Part shown: positions 1 through 13,100 of the stretch, one piece after another | Layout: every line of letters begins with the position of its first letter | How positions within the stretch are numbered: position 1 is the stretch's first letter | Program-made: the position numbers and the translations under genes | Notes under the pieces: model-generated | Seen by the model: the letters and a program-made list of their open reading frames with translations, nothing else | Databases searched by the model: none | What the model was told of the DNA's origin: nothing | Assembly (NCBI RefSeq): GCF_006345805.1 | Contig: NC_043001.1 | Span: 47,616,001-47,680,000 of the forward strand | Length of the DNA stretch: 64,000 nt | DNA from: Octopus sinensis | Lineage: Eukaryota | Direction of reading: 5' to 3'

Positions 1-699
1 GTTTGTGTGTCCGTGTTTGTCCCCCTAGCATTGCTTGACAACCAATGCTGGTGTGTTTACATCCCCGTTACTTAGCGGTTCGGCAAAAGAGACCGACAGA
101 ATAAGTACTGGGCTTACAAAGAATAAGTCCCAGGGTCGTTTTCCTCGACTAAAGGCGGTGCTCCAGCATGGCCGCAGTCAAATGACTGAAACAAGTAAAG
201 AAAAAAAAAGAAAATACATACATACATACATACACACCCACAAAAAATACCCTGATGATGTTAAAATTCCAATGAAGGAGCCTTGGATCTAGGTTAGAAA
301 CCGGTACTTTCCCTATTGGTAACAAAATCTTGAAATAAAACTGAATAATGACATACCATACATACATACATACATACATACATACATACATACATACATA
401 CACTCATATAAATAAAAATGAACGTCTGCGCGCGCGTGTGTGTGTGTGTGTATGTGTGTGTGTGTATGTGTGTGTGTGCACTTATAGAAAGAAAAACTAC
501 AGATTGGATATAAAAACCAAAAGCTAATTCTTGTGTAAAATTTCACGATGAAAACAATAGAAGTGGTCCCGAGTCTCTAGCAGCCCTCCAAAGAGAGCTA
601 CTGGCCTTTTCAACATGTACTTATCGCAGCTCCAAAATATATGAAGAGTCTAATTAATATATATATATAATACACACACACATATACACATATGTATAT

Positions 700-758
<59 letters not shown>

Positions 759-774
759 ATATATATAATATATA

Positions 775-1030
775 ATATCATCATCATCATTGTTTAACGT
801 CCACTTTCCATGTTGCCATGGGTTGGCCGGTTTGATTGAAAACTGGTAAGCCGGGGTCTGCGCCAGGTTCCAATCTCATTTCGCAAGGTTTCTACGGCTG
901 GATGCCCTTCCTAACGCCAACCACTTTGAGAGTGTAGTGGGTGTTTTTTTTACGTGTCACCGGCACGGGTGGTAATAACCTGGCACCGGCAATGGCCACG
1001 ACTATGTCCGGCCTCACTTGGCTTGACAGA
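775..1030 (-). mobile_element. Short RTE-tail element with (CAT)n end (others about 23270-23560, 43925-44080, 49060-49220)
   Basis: CATCATCAT...TTTAACGTCC...CCATG...GGATGCCCTTCCTAACGCCAACCAC, identical in layout to the 3' ends of the RTE copies. Confidence 0.75.
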
Positions 1031-1044
1031 TCTATATATACATG

Positions 1045-1118
<74 letters not shown>

Positions 1119-1285
1119 GGCCAGAAAAGAAACACCTCTCTCGTCCACATGAAAGCTGACAGTCATTTTTCTCTGATACGTTTGCCAGAAGGATGCAGCT
1201 CTATCATCTACATGAATTTTAACAAGCATTTCTTATTTATGTTCAATACAATGTAAGTGAATAACTTTCAATATTTATAGTACAA

Positions 1286-2111
1286 CTAGCAAACGCATCC
1301 GTCATTTGGGCGGTGTAATTTATTATAATGGCGCATTCCTTTGATGGTTTGAGTTGAACTAGCCCACAGTTAGAAGTCGTTGCAAGTTGATAAACGTAAA
1401 ATGTATAATTACCAATTTTGTTAGCAGTTTATTATATCGTATTAAGCAACCTAGGTAATGCATAAAGTTTTTTGAACACAAATTGGCAGTTAGTAATAAA
1501 TGGAAGTCCATGAAATGAGATCGCATTTGCAGTAGGCATTAGGGATCCTATATCTTACCTGAAGCGTTTTGTAGCATGTAGTTATTTTACTCGTAGTGCC
1601 TAACACAACTGCACTGAAGCCTTTTTCAATGGAAGTTATGTATGATAAACAAAAGCGAACATTTATAGCAAACAGACAAATAAAATAATGACATGTACAA
1701 AAATAAATGTCGGCACGCTTATGAGCGAACAGCGTGCGTGAAATAAGAAGGATCATTAAGAGTAATGTACTGTTAACAGCAATCACGGAAATGAAGCAAA
1801 ATATCAATGAAATGCTTGTAGCAAGTCTGATTGCTAACGGCTACAGTTTGGTGTAGATGTGAAGCTTGTAGTAGAGGAGTAACTACTGTAGGGCTGCTTT
1901 GTAGACATTTTTCGTTTTTTGCCTTCAGGAGCATAGGTGAATAAGTTGTCTAGACGGCCAACTCTGGAACAACCGACGTAGAACTGTCCATGTGAAAACC
2001 ATGACGTTCGAAGTTCCAATCCGATGAGATGGCGGCATGGATTTCCATCTCGACATCCGAAACTCGGAGTTTTATCATGGCTACCGAATAATTGTCACAT
2101 ATTACATTTAC

Positions 2112-2112
<1 letters not shown>
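1286..2112 (-). mobile_element. Helitron 3' remnant: Pif1-like helicase C-terminus and terminal hairpin plus CTAG
   Basis: Minus-strand peptide GLELRTSWFSHGQFYVGCSRVGRLDNLFTYAPEGK matches the RepHel helicase motif FSHGQ(L/F)YV(A/G)xSRV. It ends in CCGCCCAAATGACGG...TGCTAG|T at 1289-1286. Confidence 0.8.
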
Positions 2113-2157
<45 letters not shown>

Positions 2158-2700
2158 ACTCCGTGTGGGCAGTCATCTAAGAGTTTTTGTTCATCTTGAT
2201 GCTGACATAAGTTCCTTGTCTTTCCTGATGAGAAGGCGGCATAATGCACCCCTTATTCCTCGAAATTAGGAATATGCAGCCTTCGAAACATATGTCGAGA
2301 ATAAAGGAATTTTGTTAAATCGTCGTTCAACTCCATTCTTTCATTTGTATATATATATATATATATATATATATACTAGACGGTTGAATGCGAGTTCGTT
2401 CTTTAATTGGAGTAATTTCCAAAGATTTCTAACTTTGTTTCTTCATACTTTACTTTTGAATTTTCTAGTGTGAATTAGTGTAGATATGAAAAGTTATGTA
2501 GAAATATTATGTATATGATTTAGCTTAATACAGTTCAACAAATTCATTCATATTTATGTAAATAGAGGAGATTAGATGTTAAAATGGTTTATAGTTTTTA
2601 TTACTCAGATTGCTATACAATTTGTTTCGTACAGAAAGACAGAGATATTCATAACAGAAAATCTGAGTTGCCAGAAAGTACTCGTCGGTAGCTTCGATAA

Positions 2701-2934
2701 AAACTAAAAAGACGTTGGAATTACATAGGTATGGTGTTAGTAATCACATTGTAATGTCCTCTTGCTCCTGGAGTTATGTCCATCCTAAACTGGACTAATA
2801 ATATATATATATATATATAATATATATATGTATCAGTCTTGTTTAGGATGGACATGACTCCAGAAGCGAAGCAAGAGCACATTACAAGGTGATTACTAAC
2901 ACCATACCTATGTAATTCTGACGTCTTTTTAGTT

Positions 2935-2935
<1 letters not shown>
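2701..2935. mobile_element. Fold-back/MITE element with arms of about 97 bp and a (TA)n loop
   Basis: 2701-2797 is the reverse complement of 2833-2935 with a few mismatches. Confidence 0.8.
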
Positions 2936-2985
<50 letters not shown>

Positions 2986-4099
2986 ATGATGGGTTTCTTT
3001 CAATTTCCGTCAACCAAATTCACTCACATGGTTTCGGTCTGCTGGGCTGTATACAAGACACTTGCCCAAGGTGTAACACAGTGGAACTGAACCCGAAACC
3101 ATGTTTGGAAGCAAACTTCTTACTTCACAACCATACCTTCGCCTTAATTTTTCAAATTCCCGGTAGGTGGGGGAAAAACACTCACACACACAGAATAGAG
3201 ATGGTCATAGCTGGAATGTCTTTCATCTTACGTGTGGTTTCCTTAAACAAAAAAAAAAACGAAAAACAAAAGAAGACTGGAATTTTAAAACTTAACGAAA
3301 ATGTACTTAGATAATAAGAGTGAAGGCCTGTTGGAACGTGTTCGTACGCGTGATGTGGTTTCTATAAATTTCACAGCTTTCCTTTGAGAAAACGATGACA
3401 CACACAAACACATACACACACACACATGCACACGCACCTACACACAATAATTATTTTAGTTTTTCTAGGTTTAGTTTTGTAAATGTTGTCCTGTGTGAAT
3501 TTTGTTTCCCTCGTTTCAACTTTAGTATGGGAAAAAAAGATAATGCAAAAACATCACATTCTTGCTTTCCCGTTTTTTTTTGTCTTTTTGTTGTTTGTTG
3601 TTACTTTGATGATGATGGTGATGATGATGATGATGGTTATTGTCGTTACTATAAATAGATTTATTTATTTATCTAATCATATTTGTTTATTGGTTTGACT
3701 GGAAGCAAATATTCAAATTCTGAAGCCCGTTTATTAATATCTACCGTTAACGCCTTTTGACAAATATAATACGGAAGGGGGGGGGGGAAGAATCTCTCAC
3801 AGACACACACACACACACACATTCACACAACACACAGAAAGAAACACGCATTAAACCAAAGTCACGTGTATACGCACATGTATTCTTAAACACAAATACA
3901 GAGGCAAGCAAACAATTTAAGCAAAAATTACAAGCACTCATAAATGCATACAAACACCACAAACTTACAAAACATATGTACACAAACCACAGACAAGGAT
4001 TACACCTCAGTATATTACTGTGATATCTACGAAATTTAGTGGAGCGGGGGACATAATTACTAACAGGGGTAAAATGAGTAATTTCTGATTTCTACGGCC

Positions 4100-5985
4100 G
4101 GTGACGCCGGACTTGAGCTTTTGGAGAATTTGACTCAGTTTGCGAACCAGTTCTCTTCAGCGAACGTCCTCTTTTATATCCATCCACTATTCTTCGGAGC
4201 AAAATTGTTCGGGCTCACCAAACCCAATGATGACCTGCGCCCCATTGCGGTCGGCTGCACCTTTCGCCGTCTCACTGCAAACGTATGTTTACAATCGGTC
4301 TCTAGCTTATTGGAGGAGGGATTTTCCCCCATCCAGCTAGGAATGGGCACTAAATTGGGATGTGAAGCTGCCGGCCACGCTACCAGAGCCAACTTGCTTG
4401 CCTTGTCACCCAAGATCATCCTCGAACTTGACCTTAAGTATGCCTTCAACTCCATCAGCCGCGGTGCTGTCCTCAGCTCAGTAAGAGAGAAGGTCCCACA
4501 ATCCTACCGCCTTGCATGTCAGGCTTAGCGGGAGCCCTCCTATCTATTTTTTGGTGACCAAATCATCACCTCCGCCTCAGGAGTCCAACAGGGTGACCCA
4601 CTCGGGCCCGCGCTGTTTGTACTGGGCATTGATGACATCACCAAGATGGGCGTCAAGTTGGAACTCAACGTTTGGTATCTCGATGATGCTTGTTTGGGGG
4701 GACCTCCGGACAGGGTTCCCGCCATTGCAAACATGATGGTTGGGGAGCTTGGTCACCAGGGTCTCCAAGTAAACAGCTTCAAATGTGAGCTCTGGATCCT
4801 CAACCACTCGACTTCTCAACATCACCCAACTATTGACCTTTTTGCAGAGACCTTCCCTTCTATTGCAGTCCCTCCCCCATCGGCTTGGTGCTCTCTTGAT
4901 GCCCTAATCACTGACCTTGCCTTTGAGTCTATCTTCCAGTCTAAGGTAGCTACCCTTGAGCAATTGCTGAAAAATATTGAAGCTATCGAACCCCATCAAG
5001 GTTTTATCATAGGAATAACACTTGATCCCTAAGCCTCTATATTTACTCAGTCAGCTCATCTTACCGATTCCCATCGTGCCTCCAACTATTTGATAACCTA
5101 ATTTTTGAGAAACTCGAATATTTAGTCAATGTCAGACTCTCTCCAACGTGCCGCGATCAGGCTACATTGCCCAAGCAATTTGGAGGTCTTGGTCTTCGTA
5201 AGTGTTCACCCCTCTATCTCCCCTCTTTCTTTCCTCCACCCACGCCTGCTTCACCCTGGTGAGCAACATCCTCTCCTCTCCAACATGGACCAGTTCCAAT
5301 AGGGAGTTGACTGAAGCTCTCCAACACTGGAGCGAACTGGGCTTGGCTGCTCCTGAGAAGGTGGAGGACTGTCGGAGTCAGAGTGCTTGGGACAACATAA
5401 TTTCGAAGGCCACCTTCGACTCCCTCTTCATCCAGTCGGACCAGTTATCAAAGTGCCGCTTACTGTCTGCTAGTGACAAATACTCAGGTAACTGGATTGA
5501 TGCCATCCCTGTGGCTAATGTTGGTGGCCTACTCAGCTTGGACGAACTTCGTGTCTCCATTGCCCTCAGAGTGGGAGCTAACGTATGCACGGTTTTGATC
5601 TGTCGTTGTGGCAGACTCCTCGACTCCACAGGTCTCCCTGGCCTTTCTTGCCGCCTGGTCGCTTCGTGTGTGATATGGAGTCGAATCTGATACTCAAGAG
5701 GAGCTTGGCCTGGGAAAACATCCCCTCCATCTTGGAACCCTCTGGATTGTCCAGATGTGATAGGGAGAGACCTGATAACCTCACCATGTGCCCCTGGTCG
5801 CAAGGCAGATGCCTTATCTGGAATGTCCCAGTTAGCGACTCCTTTGCTTTATCTCACATACTGGATGTTGCGGTCAGGGCTAGATCCACAGCTTCTGCGG
5901 TAAGCGGAACAAAATCCTGGAATTCCGCGATCTGTCGGCCAACTACATTTTCCATCTTGTGGCATTCGAGACGTTTGGTAGGGCC
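4100..5985 (+). mobile_element. Degraded CRE-clade-like non-LTR retrotransposon (RT plus C-terminal zinc knuckle/RLE endonuclease)
   Basis: RT motifs LRPIAVGCTFRRL, LDLKYAFNSISR, GVQQGDPLGP, VWYLDD. C-terminal CRCGRLLD...SCR and RPDNLTMCPWSQG. Multiple stops and frameshifts. Confidence 0.85.
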
Positions 5986-7462
5986 GGACACCTACTCTTT
6001 TCTTTATTTGTTTCCTCTCTCAGTAGTGATGACAAGCAATGCTTTCCCAATTGTAAGACATGATTAAATGAGTGACATCAGCATATATGCATGGTACACA
6101 GCAATTTTGTTCGCCTTATGATATTGGGAAAATATTTAGCTAAATGGTTATAAAGTCTCTCTTGGTTTACTAAGGTATCTTGTATACCATTATGTAACAT
6201 GTGTTGCATGTTAACTCGTGTAAATAAGATAAGAAACAAACTTTAAGGTAACAGCGAGATTCCTGTCTTCACTTGCAACTCGACTCACAGAGGGCGCTTG
6301 GTTGTTCCAGGGCATCAGGTTCCAGGGCATCAGGCTCGCCATCACCCGCGGCAACGCTGCAAGCGTGCTGGCGTGTCCCAATAGCCATTAGATGGGTTTC
6401 CCAGCTCTCCCAGCTTTTCAACCCAAAGTGGTGAATTGTTTTTTTCCTTTTCTCTTTTTTCTTTTTCTCTTTTCTTTTCTTTTTTCTTTTTAATTTTTTC
6501 AATTGTGTTCTCTGTTTTGTCCAGTTTTCTAGTTTGATTTTGTAAAACAGTAACTAATAAATTACAATATGGTGTAAACTGTCTTAAATACACGAATTCG
6601 TTACTTTCTTCCTAATTGTTTGAATTCATTACATTGAAGGTACTGCATCATCATTTTGTACGGTTGCATCGTCTTTTGGAATAAAAATTGACGTTTTTGA
6701 GCAGTTCGCTTAAATTCCGCTTGAAAAATGCGTGGGTTTTTTTTCTGGTTTCTTTTTCGGAAACACCTACTCTTTTCTTTATTTATTTCCTCTTAATGTG
6801 GTGATGACAAGCAATGTTTTCCCAATTGTAAGACATGATTAAATGAGTGACATCAGCATATACATATGGTAGCTGACAGAAACGTTAGCACGCCGGACGA
6901 AATGCTTTCCGGCATTTCGTCTGTCTTTATGTTCTGTGTTCAAATTCCGCCGAGGTTGACTTTGCCTTTCATCCTTTCGGGGTTGATAAATTAAGTACCA
7001 GTTACGCACTGTATCGATGTAATCGACTTAATCCGTTTGTCTGTCCTTGTTTGTTCCCTCTATGTTTAGCCCCTTGTGGGTAATAAAAAAACAGATATTG
7101 GGAACAAATATTAAACTGAGTGGTTATAAAGTCTCTCTTGGTTTACTAAGGTATCTTGCATATCATTATATAACATGTGCTGCGTGTTAACTCGTGGAAA
7201 TAAGACAAGAAACAAACTTTAAGGTAACAGCGATATTTTATTCCTCTGCTAAATTATACGGTGGACGAAATAAACACATTACGGATTCTGGTGGTTGCAT
7301 AGTTCGTCCATCGTTTGTATAATTCAGCTCTGGCTGTCGTTGGTTACAAGTTCTTCGTTATAACAGCAGGAAAATATCATGACTCATCTTCCTGAAAATT
7401 CTCTCACCTCACTATCAGAGAGGTTTTGTTAACTCAATATATAGGTAAACGTAGGTTCCAAC

Positions 7463-7619
7463 CAGGGGCCGATTGAGAGTATTAAGGGCCCTAGGGCATA
7501 ACTGTATACCGAGCCCCTAGCATTGATATCAAAGTAGAGTTGACATGTAGAATGCAGACCCCTCAGAGCTCTGAGTCCTCGGGCAGTGCCCTATTGACCG
7601 ACGGCTCAGTCCGTCCCTG
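7463..7619. mobile_element. hAT-type MITE
   Basis: TIR CAGGGGCCGATTGAG / CTCAGTCCGTCCCTG; 8-bp imperfect TSD GTTCCAAC / GTTCCTGC. Confidence 0.7.
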
Positions 7620-8399
7620 GTTCCTGCGATAGTTCAGCTTAGTTGTTTTAGAATGTATTACGCACAATGCGATTGGATCGAAGATGCATAACTCGCAAAT
7701 TTCCCGACCAATCAAAATACGACCAATCGTAAAAGATTAACGTGTGGAGCCTATAAAAGGCTAGTCGACTCCAATATTCCACAATAGAAATTGGTCTCGC
7801 TACAAATGCAAGACTCAAGAGTCCTAAAGGAATCAGTTGGTTTCTGAAGCCTTAAAGATATTTCATCATCCAAGGAACAAGGCCAGCTGAGTGTACTGAC
7901 CCGGTAGAGAAACTTGTCCTCCATACCTCCTTTATTATTGTTCCATTCACGATATAAGTGAAGGCGCGTGGCTTAGTGGTTAGCGTATTCGGTTTACGAT
8001 CGTAAGTGTGTGTGTGTGTGTTATTTAATAGACACAATACATGTTTTTATGTGCTACTAGAAGTTTCATACGTTGAGAAACACCTCAAACATATTCATCA
8101 GGCTCAAACCACGTATCATAACGAATTAAATATTGAATGAAAGAAGAAACACGAAAAGTTGAGAAAGAAGTAAAGAAGGTAAAAGAAAAGAGTTATCCTC
8201 CATAGAATTTATATTATATAGCTGGAATGATATCAACAAGTTAATCAGGTACAGGTGGAATTTTCCAGTTTGCCAAAATGTACTTAGACATGTTTACAGT
8301 AGCTGAAAATTTCAGACCTCAAGTTCAGTTGAGAGTTAGAGATCTTAGGTCTGAGCTCTTTCAGCTAAATATAGTTTACATTTATTTGATCCATTAATA

Positions 8400-9110
8400 T
8401 AAAGTGTGAATTTTTCAATCATTTTCTACTTAATCGCATATGATGTTGCGCTAGATTTTGAACTCCATATGTAGCTAGCGAACTTAGTAGCTTTGCTTTT
8501 GTCCTTATGTCGGAAGGAGGTTATGTGATTGGCATAACGATTTTTTAATTCTCCTTCACATAACCCAGTATAGGTCTTCTTATCTGTTGTATTATCATCT
8601 AGCATTGTAGTAACTTCTGCCACATATATGACAGATTTAATCATACATGGTTTGTCAAGTGGATAGGATCCTTGATCTTGACAGTTACAACTGGATTTAG
8701 GCTCTTGGTATTGACCTCATGTAATGATACTCTTCATATTGGGGTAGCATCTATATGATAATTTCACAGAATGCCTATGAAATATTTTCCCGTATCTGTG
8801 AGTTATTGGAAAGTGTTTGTCTCAGAGAGCCCAGAATCTTTTACCTATGTTACTTTTTATATTAAGGGAAAAGGGAGAAGTGAACCAAATAATTTTCCTT
8901 GGTCTATTTTTAGGTCTATTATTATCATTATTTTTATTATTAGAGGGATTATATATTAATTTATCTTTGAAGTCACTATTGGTTAGGGTATTGATATAGT
9001 AGGGCGCTGCTTTCTCGAAAATTTCTTTAGAGGAAGAGAGGTTAAACACTCTATTACTAATATTAGCTATCAGGTTTTTTCAAAATTACAGGGGGGTGAT
9101 AAAACTGTTT
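8400..9110 (-). mobile_element. Penelope-like element remnant (linker and GIY-YIG endonuclease)
   Basis: LSSSKEIFEKAAPYY, RKIIWFTSPFSLNIKSNIG, KSVIYVAEV...KTYTGLCEGELKNRYANHITSFRH; frames disrupted. Confidence 0.8.
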
Positions 9111-9382
9111 ATGTATATAGGTGAGTTTCTCATTTGGCTTATGGAAATGTTTAACAAGAAGTTCAGGTCTAAAAATTCTCAACTTTTCACGTTTCTCTCT
9201 CATTCAATTTTTTAATTCGTTATGATTTGTGGTTTGTGCCTGATGAATATGTTTGAGATATTTCTCAACATATGAAATTATTAATAGCACATAAAAACAT
9301 GTATTGCCTCTATTAAATAATATGTATTTCTCACCAGATGGAGTACTTTTTTCTTGATCTTACCATCATGGAACAGTACATC

Positions 9383-9413
<31 letters not shown>

Positions 9414-10026
9414 TGTATGTATGTATGTATGTATGTATGTATGTATGTATGTATGTATGTATGTATGTATTATAGACATGTATGTATATGTATATACACA
9501 ACAGGCTGATCAAAGGTATAATAGATGCTCATCCAAGGTGTCATGCAGTGGGACTGAAGCTAAAACCAGGCAGATGGGAAGTGAACTCTTAGTCACACAG
9601 ATATGTCTGGACCTTGGTAATAAAAGCTTCTTTTTTATGATTTATGTTATAATAAAATGACAAACTAAATCTCATGTTTTATTCTGCACTTAGATCATTT
9701 AATATCTGCTTTTCCATGTTTGCATGGGTCAGATGGAATTTGTTGCAATAGATTTTTCTACAGCTGGATGCCTTTCCTGTCATCAACCCTCACCTGTTTC
9801 CAAGTTAAGTAATAGTTCCCATGATGACTGGAAATGAACAATTGTGCTTTTGCGGCAATGATGCTCTTTATAACTTCTTCTAACAAATCACACAGGCCCT
9901 TAAAAGGGTTTATCATCCCTGTCTTTTCTCCTCTAATAATTTAAAAAAAAAAAAAAAAATTATGCATAATTTTTGGTGAAGTTTGTTTTGCTAAAGTCAA
10001 GTTATGTTTTCATGTTTCTTTTAAAG

Positions 10027-10174
10027 GTGTACAAGGGCAATGTAACAAGTCATATCAGACAATGAGAATCCAAGAATGTGAGAATCTGTTACAGTTAACA
10101 CACTTCAACATTAATTCCCAGATAACCAAGACAGTGAATTCATGGATGGCATCTGATTTGGTGAACATTTGCAG
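10027..10174 (+). CDS. Cys-rich receptor-like gene, exon A (148 nt)
   Basis: TTAAAG|GTGTACAAGGG...TGCAG|GTAGTT; [21 protein letters not shown]...DLVNICR. Confidence 0.8.
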
Positions 10175-13100
10175 GTAGTTAAAATGTTTTGAAGTTATTT
10201 TCTTATCAGAATATTTATAGTCCACTACGAGATAAAGGAGATATTTGTAAGTAACTGTTAAAAAATTATCAATTTTAATAACTCTCAAACTTTTAAATGA
10301 AGGTATGTGGCCTAGTGTAGGGTACTGGGCTCATGATCAAACAAGTTCAGTTCTGGTACCAAGCAGTGCATTGTGTCCTTGAGCAAGGCACTTCATTTCA
10401 CATTGCTTCAGTCTGGCTAGTCTGACTCATAGCAGCAACTAGAGTTTATTACTGTGGTGGACAAACATCCCATTCAATGCAACGCTGTTTTACTTTCGCT
10501 TTCTTAATTACCTCAGAAATATCCAGATTCATTAGACTGGAACTTGTTGATATTTAAAACAGTGGATCTCAGTCGTGGTCCATATGGACCCTCAACGGCC
10601 ATATGAAATTTTTAGAGGTCTACGCAACAAAATAGTAATTGGGGATCCAAAATAGTATTTTCAGGCTCCCTGAAAAAATTTTGCTTAAGATGTGTGTATT
10701 AGTATGTATTGCAAGAAACAGCTAGGTCTCTTTCTCTAACATTTTACATAGCTCAACCCACACAGTTAAAGTGTGAAAAACAAAATATGAATTTTGAAGG
10801 AAGTTATTATAAAACAAGTTTTTAAACATCGAATGGCCCTGGGAGTCAACAAGAATAAAATGGTAATCAAAGGGGCCCATAGATAAGATATGGATGAGAA
10901 CGCCTGTTTTAAAACCTGAAAGTATAAGACAGTCTGCATTGAATGGGATACTTGTCCAGAAGGATGAATGACAAAATTGATTCTTTGCTAGATTTGAAAT
11001 CATATTCAACTCTCAGTGTATCTGTCAGCTTAAACCTGTTTCTGTGTGGAAAATATTACAATTGCTGCACAGTTTTGACTGAGTTTGCTTTACACTCAAG
11101 TAAAGCATTTTCTCATATGTTGAGTTAGTTTTAGCATAATTATTTCAGGGAGTGTAAAACATGTTAACTAAAAATAGTTGAGTTGCTTGGTAACTATGAG
11201 TAAAAATTCCAAGCACTTCTCCATGAATATACACTCACACACTCTCTCTCTCTCTCTTCCTTGTTACTCTGTCTTTCTTTTTCTCTTTCTTTTTTTGTCT
11301 CAGGAGCTAAGAAATCCTCTAAGTAGATGTACAATTGTAGGTATAAAAATGTAGAAATATTCTGGAAATAAATTATTGTCAGGTGCCAGCTGTTTGAAAG
11401 ACCAACAGTTAAATTAGTTTTAACATATCTAATACTACTAGTAGGACCCATAGAAATTCTACAGAACCTTAAAGATTAAGTGAAGCTATTTAAGAAAGAA
11501 AGAATAATTTGCATTTTTATTTTTATTTTGCTAAGTATTTCACTTCCAGTCACAATAATATATTAAATTTAAAAGTTTCCCTTCTCTCTACCTCTTCAAC
11601 AAGCTTTTTAACCATGTAATTCCTGTCTTCATGTCTTTAACAATTCTCTCTTTCTCATTTGTACTCTGTCTTCTAAAGTTTACATTCTAATATAAACAGC
11701 TATTGCTGCAAATTGGCTGATCAGTTAGAGCATCAGACAAAATGCCTCATGGTATTTGTTCTGACTCTCTGTGCTTTAGTTTCAAATCCCACTAAGGTGA
11801 ACTTTGCCTTTTATCCTTTTGGTACTATCTAAGTTGATGGATTGGTAAAACTATGTGACTTGCAGTTCTTGTTCCAGTTCCTTGTGCTCAAATTCTACCA
11901 TGGCCTGCTTGGGTGGGTGATGCAATCCATTGCCAAAGTAACATTATTACCTGGTACCTTGGCTGCCTATAGTAGAGTCCACTCCATTGCAAGCATTCAA
12001 ACCAGTTTGATGATGTCTTTCTCCCTATCTCTCTCCTTTCAGTCATGGACATTCCTTTCCATCCTGACTGAATGGGAAAAGAAAAAAACCAGCAATAATT
12101 TTGTTTTCTCTTGTGCCTGAGAATCATTTCACCTGTTTTGATTTTTTTATAGAATAAAATCTTCTGTCACTTGTTAATTCATTTCATACATTTTGCAAAT
12201 CTTATGTATGTTAAAATTATCCATTCTGTAATTCCTCAATTTTTGTATAACCAATAATCTGTGTCTGTGTACCAGTTACCACAGTCACCTCATAAAAAAA
12301 AAAAATGCTAAATTTGTTGGTTCAGATCTGAAAACAGAAAACCCAAACCATTGTGTTAAATGTTTTAATGTTCATGAACCATATCAGCTATTGTCATGGT
12401 ACTTTCATTGTACCATTGTATAACATCCCCTGTTTTACTGAGTGTCTTTTGCTCATCTTTATGTGACTGTAATCAATTAGATAATAATAATAATAATAAT
12501 ATATGAAGGGGTGCTGTAAAGTTCCTGGCTTTGGGTAAAAGAAAATACAGGAGGATCAATTAATTATGATTTTATATAACATATCCCCTTCTCAGACTCA
12601 CACACCTATTGCATTGGTCCTTCAGATTTTCTGAGCCTTGTAAAAGAACTTGGAAGGTTGGGCATCCAATCAGGCCTTTTGCATTACCCTTAAAGCCAGG
12701 AACTTTTCAGCCCTGCCTCGTATATCAGCATTGCTGTGTGGTTAAGAAATTTGCTTCCTTATCATGTAGTTTGAGGTTCAGTCCCTGCGTGACACTTTGA
12801 GCAAGTGCCTGCTACTATATTCTGGGCAGAACAAAGCCTTGTAAGTAAATTCAATAAATAGAAGATGAAGGAATCTTTTGTATCGTAAATCCTCGAGCCT
12901 AATCCGCATTTTTTCCCCAAAATTTAATGGTCAAAATCCCTAGTGCATATTATATACGAGGTTAAAAATGAAAAATATTTTCTAAGCAATGTCCGAGTCT
13001 CTATTTGCTGTCCGGCAATGTTTATTCAGGTGCATTTTGTGATGTCGGGTGCGAAAATACCTTAAGCTAAGCTTGAAAGCAATGAAGTCATAAAAGAATC

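Noticed and set aside
7720-7975. TATAAAAG plus CCAAT boxes near 7750, possible promoter or Penelope pLTR
   Set aside because: No transcript evidence, and no complete hammerhead core found.
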